Shown: in pieces, positions 41,306 to 53,815 of the stretch
Numbering within the stretch: position 1 is the first letter of the stretch
Layout of the letters: each line of letters starts with the position of its first letter
Source of the DNA: Camelus dromedarius
Lineage: Eukaryota
Assembly (NCBI RefSeq): GCF_036321535.1
Contig: NC_087440.1
Coordinates: forward strand, 22,692,001 to 22,756,000
Direction of reading: 5' to 3'
Length of the DNA: 64,000 nucleotides
The notes under the pieces: model-generated
Seen by the model: the letters and a program-made list of their open reading frames with translations, nothing else
What the model was told of the DNA's origin: nothing
Databases searched by the model: none
Program-made: the position numbers and the translations under genes

Positions 41306-44300
41306 GTCATGTCTACTACTTGCCCCTTCACATTTCTTTCCATGCATCATTTTTGCCCAAAGGGACAGACATTCTCCTAAAAATATATTAATAACCTCAT
41401 GTGAAGACACTATACTTCTATTCCTAAGATCTCTGAGCCCTACCTCATCTATGAGCTCCATTTGCTCTAATGGATTCCTATTTGGTTAGGAGTAAAGAGA
41501 GTTGATGGGTCAAGGGCAATAAACCAAGGCCATCACTGGGTTTGTAGGCTGCTTGTCTTCCAGTTCAGGGGTCCTGAGATCACACTGCCTCCCCAGCTCA
41601 GGTCCTCGTAATACTGTGAGCTGCCTACAGCTCAGAGACTGGCTGCTGCAACTCAACACTGGCCACATTACTTGCAGGGAGCTGAAGGGACAAGTGGCCC
41701 CCAGGACTGAGTGGGAGGAGACCAACTCATCCTCTGAACAGAGGTAGCAGAGAAAGGTAGAGTTAAAAGGAAATCCTTGGTAACCAGCATAACTGCTTTT
41801 TTGGAAGAGTTGGTTTGGGGACTTCTGAGGCTAACTTAGCACATTGGAGGCAATAAATAAATAGTTCTTGAAATAATGGTGGTGCTTTATGGAAAATATT
41901 CTAAGGAAAGTTAGAATCTTATTGCTGATTAACTGACAAGCTATTGCAAAAACAGATTACTGTAATTAGGGAAACAGAGAAGTAACAAGGATAAATTCTT
42001 GTCGGTGCGGCTGTAAATTCCTTAAAAGCAAGAATGTTATGGTAATTTTCTGTCCCATAGTAGTAGCTTAACAAATGTTTATAGAATTGAATGGGGCACA
42101 AGGAAGCTAGTTTGGCTCAGGTGTTCCTAATTGACCAGGTGGCTCACGTGCATAGAGTGTTCCTGGGAGTCATGGCTGTTTCTGCACTAAGGATGGAGAG
42201 CCTGGTTGAGTCTGGGTGTGTGGTTATAAAAAAGATTTTGTTTTTGTATTTTTTAAATTAGCTACTGAAGGGAACCAAGAGCACAACACAGGTTTTCTGG
42301 CAGCAGAAACCCCGCAGGCTATGTCAGCGAGTAAAACACATGTGACCAAAAAACTGTCGACAAGTCAGATATTTTTATAGCTTGACATTCGGCCACAGGG
42401 CCAGGACAAAGGAGACAATGAATGGGTCACATATTCTGTGTTGCCTCCGTTAAGCACCACATGGAATACAGCTGTGGACTCCTGGCGCCCGGCAAGAACA
42501 GGCAGGTCAAGCCCAAGTCCCTTAGCTTGATAGTAAAGAAACTGCGGCCAGAATGGCCAGTGCAGCTGTGATCTAGCAATCCACTCCTCTGAACCTGATG
42601 ATGGGCTATGGATGTGGGTACACAAGCGGATCATGACAGTGACACAACAATGACACTAAGGCCGATTCTATCCAACACAGTGATCAACCAGATGATCAGC
42701 AAGCTTGAGCACCTGCTCCTGGGTGCCAGGCACTGAGCTTAGTGCTGGTCCTGGGAAATGAGGGAGGCCACATGGTCCCTCCCTCCACTGAGGGAAACCA
42801 ACAAGAAGTACAGCTGTGGCCCTTTTGTTACCGCATTGCAATTCCAGAAATACCTCCATTCTCTGTGGACAGGAAGGGGACGACAATGATTACCCCTCTT
42901 AAATAGCTGTGGCAGCCCTAAAGCTCAGGACCTGACCTTTCAGTTCCCCTTAAAGAAACACGTAGAAACAAGTAGATGCTCTCCACTCAGCATTTCAAAA
43001 CAGGATATAAATACTCAATGAAAGAACACATTATCTTAGGATTCCCTAATGAAAACTGAAAAACAAGGTAGACAGAAAAAATTCCAAAGCTGTGGTCTCA
43101 TACCGTGGAGAAATCTAGAGCTGTTAGGAAGAAAAATATTTCTCATGTTGGAAACTTCAGAGAAATACTTCTTTGCACCTCAGAACAATGGGGAAAAGAA
43201 ATGATACCCACACAAGTCCAGTCAAAAAGGCTTAGCAAACTCCTCACCCCTCACTCTCCAAAACCTCACTTTCAAAAGAGGATTATCTCTTCAAACTCAG
43301 GCTGTCGGGGGATAAACACACAGTCACATTTAATAGAAGCAAGCACTGAGAAATGATCCTGGTAGTCCCGCGTGCAAAACATTTCAAGGAAAGTAATCCC
43401 CCTTTGCCCAGATCACTCTTTCCTGGCTCAAAACCTGACGGACAGTTTTGCAGCTCATTTCTAACCCTTGAAAATAAAGCTATTCTGACCACGGCTCCCC
43501 GCCACAGGGCCCTGTTCTGCTAGAACAGCGTCCCTTGCATCAGCCAGCAGGCTCCCACTGCACAGGCTGCTGTATGTGCCCAACGTGTGAAGCCGTGTAC
43601 AACTGCACAAGCCACATATCACTGTCTATGGAAAGGAGGGGCTGACTCCAAAAACCTTGGAAACTTCTTTCACTCCCCTTCTGCTCTGCCTTACCAAGCC
43701 CTCTCACAGAAAGCCATTGTGCAGGCTCAAGAGGGAAATAAAAGAAGGGCGGACTTTTTCCATGCTCCCCTGCAGACTACAAGGTGATGTAAAAGCACAG
43801 CAGCCACCCCCCATCAGCTCCGAAGAAGTGCAGGCCTCAGGGGGCCCCACCGACACTGGCTTCTCACTGGGCAGCATTGTCCAATAATGAGCTGAACTCA
43901 ATCGCTTGCCGTGTATTTTGCAGCACAACTAATCCCTTATATTTGTGCTTTTCACCCACATGTCTTTTACTGTTTGCTCTAAGGAAGAAAAAGCCTCACC
44001 TTCAAAGCAACCTACACCTTTTCTGAGCCCTGTGGCTCTCTGGCCTCCTTCATTGTAGACCAAGTCTGACCACTGCAGGTGCATCCATTGGTCTCCCCCC
44101 AGTATTCTTGAGCTTTCTAGGGGCCAGCGGTTTAAAGGTGAGAACAGTGATGCTATCAGGCGCTGATCCTCACCTCAGCTGAGCCCTCAGACAGCTCGAT
44201 GTTTATAATAATTCTTAATATGCGTGCTTACGGGTCCCTTGGCTTCCTCAGCAAGGCAGGCATCTGCTCAGAGTCCTTTAAAAGCAGAATTTTTTCAACC

Positions 44301-46761
44301 TTGTTAAGGTTGGCAAAAGGTAGCCGAACCAGATATCACTGTTCTTCCGACCCCGTGATTGCTTCCTGACGAAGATGGATTCCTGCCACCCTTCACTAAT
44401 CAATTTGGTTAAACCACCAGGCACAGGGAACACGAGAGCAACCGCTTTCTCCTCCTACACCTATTCATCACCACCTATCCACCACACCTCAGACCACTGC
44501 CTCTTCCAACCTCTACTCCTTCCCCAAGAAGCATGAAAAGAGAAGTAATCAACTTACACAGGCTGACGCAGAGTTCTTAGAATGTATTTTTGTTCACCTG
44601 AAAAATAAAACTTTTAAAAAATATACAGGACTTTTTGAGTACAGGTATATCTTAAATGGCTGAATTATAAATAATGTCTCTGGTCAGGCTCACAGCTAGA
44701 GCTGGAGCTAATGTCCCAATTCCAGTGAAGGCTTTAGAGAGTCAGGAGGCCAGCAGCTGGACCCACGAGTGGTCTCTCTAGACTCTTTGATCCATCTCAA
44801 AGTGGATTAAACAGTCCAGAATGCAGGGGTCAGGGTGGGGACAGGGGACTGGACTCCCAGATGTTCTCCTGCAAGTTCAAAGGATTCTTGAAATAAGAGA
44901 TCAATTTACAAATTATTAAAATATAGGACTAAAAATCCACACAATAAATATAAATTACAGGCTATTATTGAAGTTATAAAGTGGCATTTTATGTTTCTTC
45001 TCCCAAGCCCTCACCAAAAATTTTAAAAGGCCTCAGAGGCTTCCTAATAACCAGTCAAGTCAGCTGCTTAGAAATCTCCAGCCAAGACACCTTGGGGGTG
45101 CTACCAGCCTGCCCCTAGGCTATGACAGCTCAGCTGCTATTATCTTGCCCACAACAGGACATGGCTTAAAGCAAGGCTGTTGTCCTGTAAACTTGGATCA
45201 GGGTTAACTAGAGTGGAAGCCAGAAAACTGGAGAGACAAATTGTTTCAGGACTCAGGTGGATAAGTTTCTGTTGTTGTTTTTAAAGTGCCTCATTTCCCA
45301 AAAAGGAAACACTAAGGGTTTTGATATCTTGTCACTACCCACACTCAACTGCCTAAAAGCAAGCGGTGGAAGGAAATGGAATCCAAATTGAGGATGTATA
45401 ATTCTTGGTGCCCCAGAGCTGGGTATGCACATGTCATTTCTCTTGACGTTTCTCATCTCAATAAAGTTATAGGCTGCATATACGTAAGGTTTATTAGGAG
45501 AGGTAAAGACAAGAAGATTTAACCTTCTCATGGCTGGTCTCTTATCTGTCTATCAAAACACAATCCTGAGTTTGAAGCCTACATTTCAGCCTTTCAGGTT
45601 CTACGACAACTCAAAACCAGAGGACGTGCTCAAAGCTCTAGTTTCACAACAGATTTCATCCTAATCACAGGGCTACGCTGTCACTATAGGCTCAGGGAAG
45701 AGGGAATGTGAAGGTGATTACTGGGACAGGACAAGATCTTGAAGAGAAGAAAAAAAAATATTGAAAAAAAGATAAAACACTTGCGAGCCACTGTACTTAC
45801 AAAAGGTTTGCTCTTCCTAAAAACTCTGAGGAGAAGGCCAAAGATTGAAGCAAGAGGCATTGCTCTTTCCCTTCCTTCTTCCCTGGCCCATATCCAGATA
45901 CTTAGGCTGCAACAGGAAGCCTCTTAGGTGGGGGCACTAGGGTGGGAAGAGGAGGCGATCAGTACATCTCCCACCCTCCTTAAACTGCTTCTACTTCTCC
46001 AAAGATTTTCCATTGTTCTTTCAACAAGTCTAGGAATAATTATACTCTTTTGTGTCATAAACCTATCTCTCTCAGATAGGAGGGGGAAAAGGGGAAAGAG
46101 TGAGTAATGAAAACGTGTTTGTGTCCTTCTGGCTAGTTGCACTTGGGGGCCAGCAAATAGCCCCTGCTTGACCCCCATCAGTCAGTAGCTACCCAGCGTG
46201 TGGGAGGATACATGTAGTTCTATGTAATTATAGCTTCTAGTGCATATGTCAACAACTATATACAGGGATCTATAAATTAAATGCATCTGTGGCCACTGCA
46301 ACTAGGTTGACATACCTGAGCTCCACTACTTTTGGTGCCCTCCTCCTTGCGAGAGCTTCTTCGGCTTATTAAAGAAGAGCCCCTACAGCTCCCTCCTCCT
46401 GAGTCTTGGGGGAAAGTTCGAGTCACCCCTGCACACAGGATACAGAAGAGCAAGCGGCGCAGAAGGGTTCGGCGCTGGGATCTCCCCACCCCTCCCCCCT
46501 CCCCCTTATGGCTCAGGGCCCTGGTGCAGCACGGTCCTGGGAAGACCAAACCCCGAGAGCAGCCCCCGGAGAATCGTGGTCTGTTGGCTGAAGATCGGGC
46601 TGCAGGCCCCTCGCCCCTGGGGCGAGCCGCGATCGTCGAGGGAAGGGAGGCTTTCACTCCCGTGGGGGTCACTCCTGCGGGCTCCCCGCCTGGTCCGGCT
46701 GCAAAGTCCTGCCTCCGGGCTTGGGGAGGATGGTTTCCGGCCGCCCGTGGCTCGGAGGGGT

Positions 46762-47304
<543 letters not shown>

Positions 47305-49589
47305 GGGCGGCCCGGCGCCCTCGGTTCCCCGCCGCTCCACGCTCCGCCGCCGCTCCTCACGCCGCCAGCCCGCAGCCCGCCACCGCGTNNNNNNNNNNNN
47401 NNNNNNNNNNNNNNNNNNNNNNNNNNNNNNNNNNNNNNNNNNNNNNNNNNNNNNNNNNNNNNNNNNNNNNNNNNNNNNNNNNNNNNNNNNNNNNNNNNNN
47501 NNNNNNNNNNNNNNNNNNNNNNNNNNNNNNNNNNNNNNNNNNNNNNNNNNNNNNNNNNNCGGTCTCCTGTGGCCTCGCGGACAGCGCGCTCCGCTCCAGC
47601 CGGGCTCCCCCGCCTCGCGCGCCAGCAACAAGGGGCGGGGGAGAGAGCTGCTGGGGGCTGCCTCTTAAAAGGGCGACGCCGGGGTCCGGAAGTGCCGCGC
47701 GAGGAGGAGGCGGGCTGCGGGCTGGCGCCGTAAGCCCCTCCGGGACGCCCCGTAAAGAGAGAGTTAACGGAGGCTGGCTCTTAAAAGGGCAACGTCGCCG
47801 CAGCCCCGCGCGGGCTGGCGCGGCTAGAGTGGGAGCCCGGGGCGCTTCTTTAAAAGGGGAACGGCGGCGTTTGGGGCGGAGTGCGGAACTGGAAGGGGGA
47901 CGGGGAGGGGCGGTCCGAGCGCGGAGCTGTCAACTCTAGCACCTCCCCTCTATGCCCTCTCTGTCCGAAGTGACAGGTGGTATAGCAGCAGCGGCTTCCG
48001 CTCCCAGGCCTCAGTTTACCCCCAGAAGTAGGGATGATTTCGTGTTGGTGTAATCGGCTCGCGCCCCGCTCCACGTACCCTCCGGGCGGGTCTTCCAGAC
48101 CCCTTTACACCTAGCGAGCCTGGCTTACGTCTGTCTGGCGTATGCAGCCAAGGAGCCTGGAGCGTGCACTGTAGTCACAGCTGGTCGTGCCCCTTCCCCA
48201 CCGTTCACCGCATCCGCACCTCCCCCCCCCCCCCCCCCCGCCTCCCCGCCTCCCCGCCTAGGCTTCTCTGCTCTCCTGATTCCCTGTCCCCTTAGAGCCC
48301 CGAGTCAGGCTGCCCAGACCAGGTGCTTCCGGAGCTTTTAGGACAGTACATGTGCTGAGCAGGTTCTCCAGACTCGCCTCCCACCTTAGTCCTGAAGTTG
48401 GCAACAGGTTCCAGGTCCCGATTTGGGGGATTCAGACTCCTGGGTTTGGGCTTGATTCGGATTCAAGAGGCTGCATTGAACCGGTGGAGCGGCTCCAGGA
48501 GCTTTTCCCTTCTCCCATCCTCTCTCGGCTTCAGAGCCTGAACGGTTGTTCCCCTCTGACCCTTCCCATGTGAGGCTTATCCTGCCTTGTTTAGGTGCTG
48601 ATGACCCCTCGCAAGCTCGGACTCTGAGCAGCTGCTTTCCCCTATGATTTCTCCCTCCTTCCACCCTCCTCTCTTCTGTTTTCTCTCCTCCCCATTACCT
48701 CTCTATAAGGCTTTCTAGAATTTCTGGTTCCCTCCTCCTTGAGTTCGACTTCCTGTGTTCCCAGAGCTGAGTGTGTGGACCACCCGGGTATCTCAATGGA
48801 TGTGGGAGACTGTGCCTGCAAATGTTGGGGGTGGGGAGAGGACTAGGATCTGATGGAGTTCTGTGGGTAAATCCCACCTCTTGACTCTTGGCTTCAGACT
48901 CTGTGGGGCAGGACCCTCTCTGCCTTTTCTACTTCTCTTCCTTCTCCACAGGGACCCTTAGCTTCCAGACACCATACCTATGAAGAAGCCCCACCCCTAC
49001 ACTGCTGCCCTGCCACCTCAGCTGCACAGAAGCCAGGTGGCTGCCAGAGCTGAGTGTGCTGATCAGTTGCTGGATCTGCAAGCTCAGAACCCAGCCCCTG
49101 ACTCTCATTCATGAGGCTCAGGTGTGAGTCTATGACTAGCAATGGCCAACTGGATGCTTACTTCCAGAACAGACCACGGTTTTACTTTCTGAGAAATTTT
49201 AAAGACATTGAAAGTTTGGAGTGCTTATTTGCCTTCTGCAGACTGATAGGGAAAAGACGACAACTTCTTCCCATCTTGATCCCAGATTGGCCAGAGCCCA
49301 TCTAGCAGGGCGGCCTATTAAGTCAAAATCCCTGAAGTGTCTCTGGATATTGGACTCTCTTCTCTCCCTTGCTCTCTGGCCCTCCCGGCAGGACCGAGCA
49401 TACCAGCTATATACCAAGGTGAATTATTCTTTAAGATTCCAGGCGAGACCAGCCCAAAGCCTACTTCCAAACACTTCCTTGAATGCACTCTGAATTTCTT
49501 CTGTTGTACATTAAACTTATTTCTTCCTTCTTGGTTCCCAGTGGAGCAGGAAAACATGCCACTCTTTTTTGTACTAAAGAATATATATA

Positions 49590-49735
49590 CTTGAAGCCCT
49601 TATTCAATTCCTTTCAACCTGTTCTTCTCCAAACTAAGCAGTGCCAGATTTTTTAACCTGTCATCAATAAGACTTATTTATTATCTGTATTTATATAGTG
49701 TCTTTTACCCTAGGAACTCAAAATGCTTTCAGATA
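49590..49735. mobile_element. Possible L3/CR1-type ancient fragment
   Basis: ttcttctccaaactaagcagtgccagattttttaacctgtc resembles CR1/L3 3' sequence; from memory only. Confidence 0.3.
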
Positions 49736-49808
49736 TAATCGAGCCTGATCTCCCTGGTGCCTGAGCCATTAAGAAACCATTAGTGTATTCCTGTTGCAGG
49801 CAACTAAA

Positions 49809-49822
49809 TGGCCCCCTAGTGG
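49809..49822 (-). promoter_or_regulatory. CTCF core motif CCACTAGGGGGCCA
   Basis: Matches the consensus core, preceded by GG (GGCCACTAGGGGGCCA). Confidence 0.65.
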
Positions 49823-50089
49823 CCTGAAAGTGAATATGCTTCTCTAAGTGCCTCTCCTGGACTCAGAGTCAGAACAGAGAATCTAGGCAGCTTGGGGACA
49901 GAATGGGCCCAAAAGATTCTTTTTGTGAATACCCTCATGGACTTTAGACCCTCCCCTACAACATCCTCATGGAACACTCTCCAGCGTCAGCTAAAAGACC
50001 CTCCATGTTGGTGTTACTGTCTGCTCCCTAAGGCAGCCTTTTCAGGCTTTGGAAAAGTTCTGACCAATTCTAACAGCAGTAACGTCCAC

Positions 50090-50280
50090 ACCTTTATTAT
50101 GCACCAGGCACCATACTAAGCACTTACATTCTTGCCTCATTTGTCTCACAACAATCTACCAGGTAGTTACTATTTCTCTTTACTTTAGAGATGAAATTGC
50201 CTCAAAAAAAGTTCAAGAACTTGCCCAAGGTCACATAGCTAGATAGAATTCAAACCTGAGTCTTTCTGACTCTAGGGCAT
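50090..50280 (-). mobile_element. MIR
   Basis: ctcacaacaatct...ttagagatgaaattg...aacttgcccaaggtcacatagct...tctgactct. Confidence 0.7.
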
Positions 50281-51203
50281 CAGATTCTGATCCCTGCTCT
50301 ACTCAGCCTCATAGGCAGAGCTGAACTTTGCCTCTGGAGCAGATGCTGGGGTACCACCCACATCACCCTCAGGATGAACACATTCTTCTAGCTGCTGGGA
50401 GTGTTGGCTGCTGTTGGCTCACAGCTGCCACTGTCCCTGGGAATTGCCCTCAGGCACCAAAGGAAGCTGCATCTCTCTCTTGGCCTACATGACCAATAAA
50501 TAGTGCCAAGTTGCAACAAAACCCAGCCAGATGTGCCAAGGCCCGCTAGGGAAGGAAGAGGGCTCTGTCCCCAAGGAGCTGCAGAAGTAGCCAGTTACAT
50601 ACTGGCAGAAGCCAGGGAGGATGTATAGGCTGGATCGAGGAGGAGCTGAATATTAAGTTGAATGAGGGGGAGTTTATTGATATGGGAGCACTCCCTGTGA
50701 AACAGGACTTAATATCTTGACAAGGATCCTAGGAGACAGGAGAAAGGCAATGGCTCACCAAGGAAATGGAAATGCCAGAACTACCACAGCAGAAGGTGGA
50801 GGAGGGTTCAAAAAGCTCAGAGAAATGGGCACGCTCTAGTGCATATTCTACAGAAGGCCAGAAACCCACGTAAGTTCTGCAGGAAGGCCCAGAGGATACT
50901 CTGGTTGTCAAAGCAAAGAGGAATCCATTGATGAGAAGCTCAGTTTGGGCTGTCCTCTGTAGGCCAGGGCTGACAGCAAGAGGCCAAAGCAGAACTGGCT
51001 CCCTAATAGCAATGGGAATGATAGGACTGGGGAAAAAATAGAAGTTAGAGATTGGCACAACTATGGCAATAAGCAGCAAGTTGGAGTGGCAGTGGGTGTC
51101 CTGAAGTAGAACTATGCAGATGGTAATATTGTGTAGCATCCGAGTGTAGCATCCCTGGGGCAAGCGAGATGGGCAGCCAGTAATGGTGCTGCTCAGCCTC
51201 TAT

Positions 51204-52759
51204 CAGTGGTTCTCAAGATCACTTTACACCCTTGAAAACTGATACCTCCAGAGAGCTTTTGTTTCTGTGGGTTTTATCTATTAGTCTCAGCCATGTTAGA
51301 AATAAGACTGAGAAATTTGTAAAATATTTATCTGTTCACTTAAATAATTATCCCATTGTATGCTAATATAAATAGCTTATTATTATGAGAATTTACTAGA
51401 CTTTATTTAAAAAGTTAGTGCACAGAGTACCTTTTTTACATTTTTGCCAGTCTCTTAAATGTGTCTGTATAGACAACAGCTGGATTCTCACATCTGCTTT
51501 GGTTGGCAATATGTTGTTTTTGGTTAAAATATGTGAAGAAAATCCGACCTCATGCTGATATGTAGTTGGAAAAGAGAGGAGCATTTTAATAGCCTTTCCA
51601 GCTAATTTGAGGTATTTTTCTTTAATATTACACCAAAACTTAACTAGCAATATTTTCTTAAATGGCAGTTGTAATGTAGACTATGAAACTACATCAGTGA
51701 ACTTTTTGTACTCAATCACATTAAAGTCTGTTGATCTACTTTGCTTTCTGAATGACTCTTCTTCCCATGCGTGGTTTTGTAACATCCTTCAGTCATTTAG
51801 AAAATATTGGTTCATTGAATTATATAGATCTTTCAAATATTGATATAATTCATTATACAATACTGAAAATCATATTTGTTAGTATCATTAGAAAAAGTTT
51901 TTTAAGTATTGGGAATCTGTCAAGCTCATGATAGATAGTGCATACAAGTTTCCTAAATTCTAATTTTCATTTGAAAGCTCAAATTGTATCATTGGAAGCA
52001 AAAGCTATCAGTTGTTTTCCTCAGAGTTACAGGCTTACCTGGTTTGAATTTGAGAAAAGATCTGCCAGATAACCAAGTCTGAATAACCACAGTTTATCTG
52101 TCAGTTATTTTTTCAAGTGAATATGGTGTTCCATGAAAAAAGTGGCTAGTTTAGCTCATAATTTGATCACGTAAGTGTTTTTCCTCAAAAGAACCATTAT
52201 ATTTCTGTGTGTAGTACAGTACTTTCCATTTAATTACAGAGAATATTTAAAAAGACATGTATTTAAGGATCATGATTTAAAAAAGNNNNNNNNNNNNNNN
52301 NNNNNNNNNNNNNNNNNNNNNNNNNNNNNNNNNNNNNNNNNNNNNNNNNNNNNNNNNNNNNNNNNNNNNNNNNNNNNNNNNNNNNNNNNNNNNNNNNNNN
52401 NNNNNNNNNNNNNNNNNNNNNNNNNNNNNNNNNNNNNNNNNNNNNNNNNNNNNNNNNNNNNNNNNNNNNNNNNNNNNNNNNNNNNNNNNNNNNNNNNNNN
52501 NNNNNNNNNNNNNNNNNNNNNNNNNNNNNNNNNNNNNNNNNNNNNNNNACTACCAGAACAGTTTATTGCCACTGCCTTGGTTTGTAAAAGTGCCAAAAAT
52601 TTTATCCAATATTGCTTTTGCAAAATCAGTGCAAATATCAACACCGTTAAAAAGATAAATAACATCTTACTATTATTATGAAAATATTCTGACCTTGTGA
52701 AACACCTGAAATGATCTCAGGGACCCCCAGGGATCTGCAGACCACACACAGAATTGCTG
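51204..52759 (-). mobile_element. hAT-Charlie (Charlie1-like) DNA transposon fossil
   Basis: Begins cagtggttctcaa and has a degenerate opposite end (gaccacacacagaattgctg). Minus-strand ORF remnant 51396-51650, FWCNIKEKYLKLAGKAIKMLLSFPTTYQHEVGFSS, resembles the hAT dimerisation domain of Charlie/ZBED5-type transposases. Confidence 0.82.
52286..52548. other. Assembly gap inside the Charlie element
   Basis: Run of N. Confidence 1.
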
Positions 52760-53705
52760 AGCTGTACAAGGAAAAGGAATCAAGAATGAGAGACCAGGTG
52801 GTTGACGGCGGTTGCTCTGATAAAATCTCATAATGCCTTGTCTGGTTTCCAGACCCACTCAATCCAGAACCTTTTGACTGACGGAGAGGTTGGGTCCCCA
52901 GGAGGAAGGTTGCTGTAATACTATGGCAATACAGTCATGACTTTTCTACTCCTTCCCCAAAAGGGACCATTTACTTGGGTAATGGTACAGTGGGGGAAGC
53001 GGAATAGCCAAACATTTTAAGGTCATGCAGTGTCTGAGTTGACATTGATATCTGGAGACCTGAATCATCATCGTGGCTGCCTCGTAGAGTGGCCCTAAAT
53101 CAAAATATGTACAGGCTTATGGCGTTCTTAAGGAGATAATAAAAAAGAAGCAACATTTCTGAGTACATGACAGCTAAGAGCCTAGAGGTGAGTCCATAAG
53201 CCTATAGCAAATGGCTTGATGACTTGGTTTGAGTCCTAGGAAGAGAAATAATGAAAAATTGGGAACAAGAAGAGGCATGTGGATGTATCTATGGGAGTGG
53301 ACACAAAGTGTAAAGATCTATACATTGCATATTAATGCCCACCAGAAAACATCCACCATGGAGGAGAGACTAAATGACCAAGTAGATAGAATGACTAGGC
53401 TAGCTGACATTGGCCAGCCTCTATCATCAAACACGTGTGCTGGCACGATGGAGGCATGAATAAAGCGGCCATTTGGCATAGATGGAAGCTACACATAGGT
53501 ATATTGTTTATGGTGGCAGGGGTGGGCCCAGTAGAATGGGCTCCTACTCACCAAGGCTGAACTTGTCATTCTTGCTGCCAAATCAACATTGCCAGCAACG
53601 ATGGCCAATGAAGCTGCTTGGTAATGAGTTGACTGCACTGCACCTCTTCTAATCTGGAAGGGCTGATGATTCATCTTGACTTGAATAAACATGTATTGGT
53701 CTTTT

Positions 53706-53815
53706 TTGGGGGGGTGGTATTTATTTTTATTTACTTATTATGGAGGTGCTGGGGATTGAACCCAGGACCTTGTGCATTTTAAGCATATGCTTTACCACTG
53801 AGCTATACCCTCCCC
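53706..53815 (-). mobile_element. tRNA-derived SINE, Vic-1-like
   Basis: Reverse complement reads ggggagggtatagctcagtggtaaagcatatgc...gtcctgggttcaatccccagcacctcc; inserted in the ERVL pol remnant. Confidence 0.85.

Noticed and set aside
51196-52767. 8-bp TSD around the Charlie element (gcctctat vs agctgtac)
   Set aside because: Only 4 of 8 positions match; too degraded to claim.
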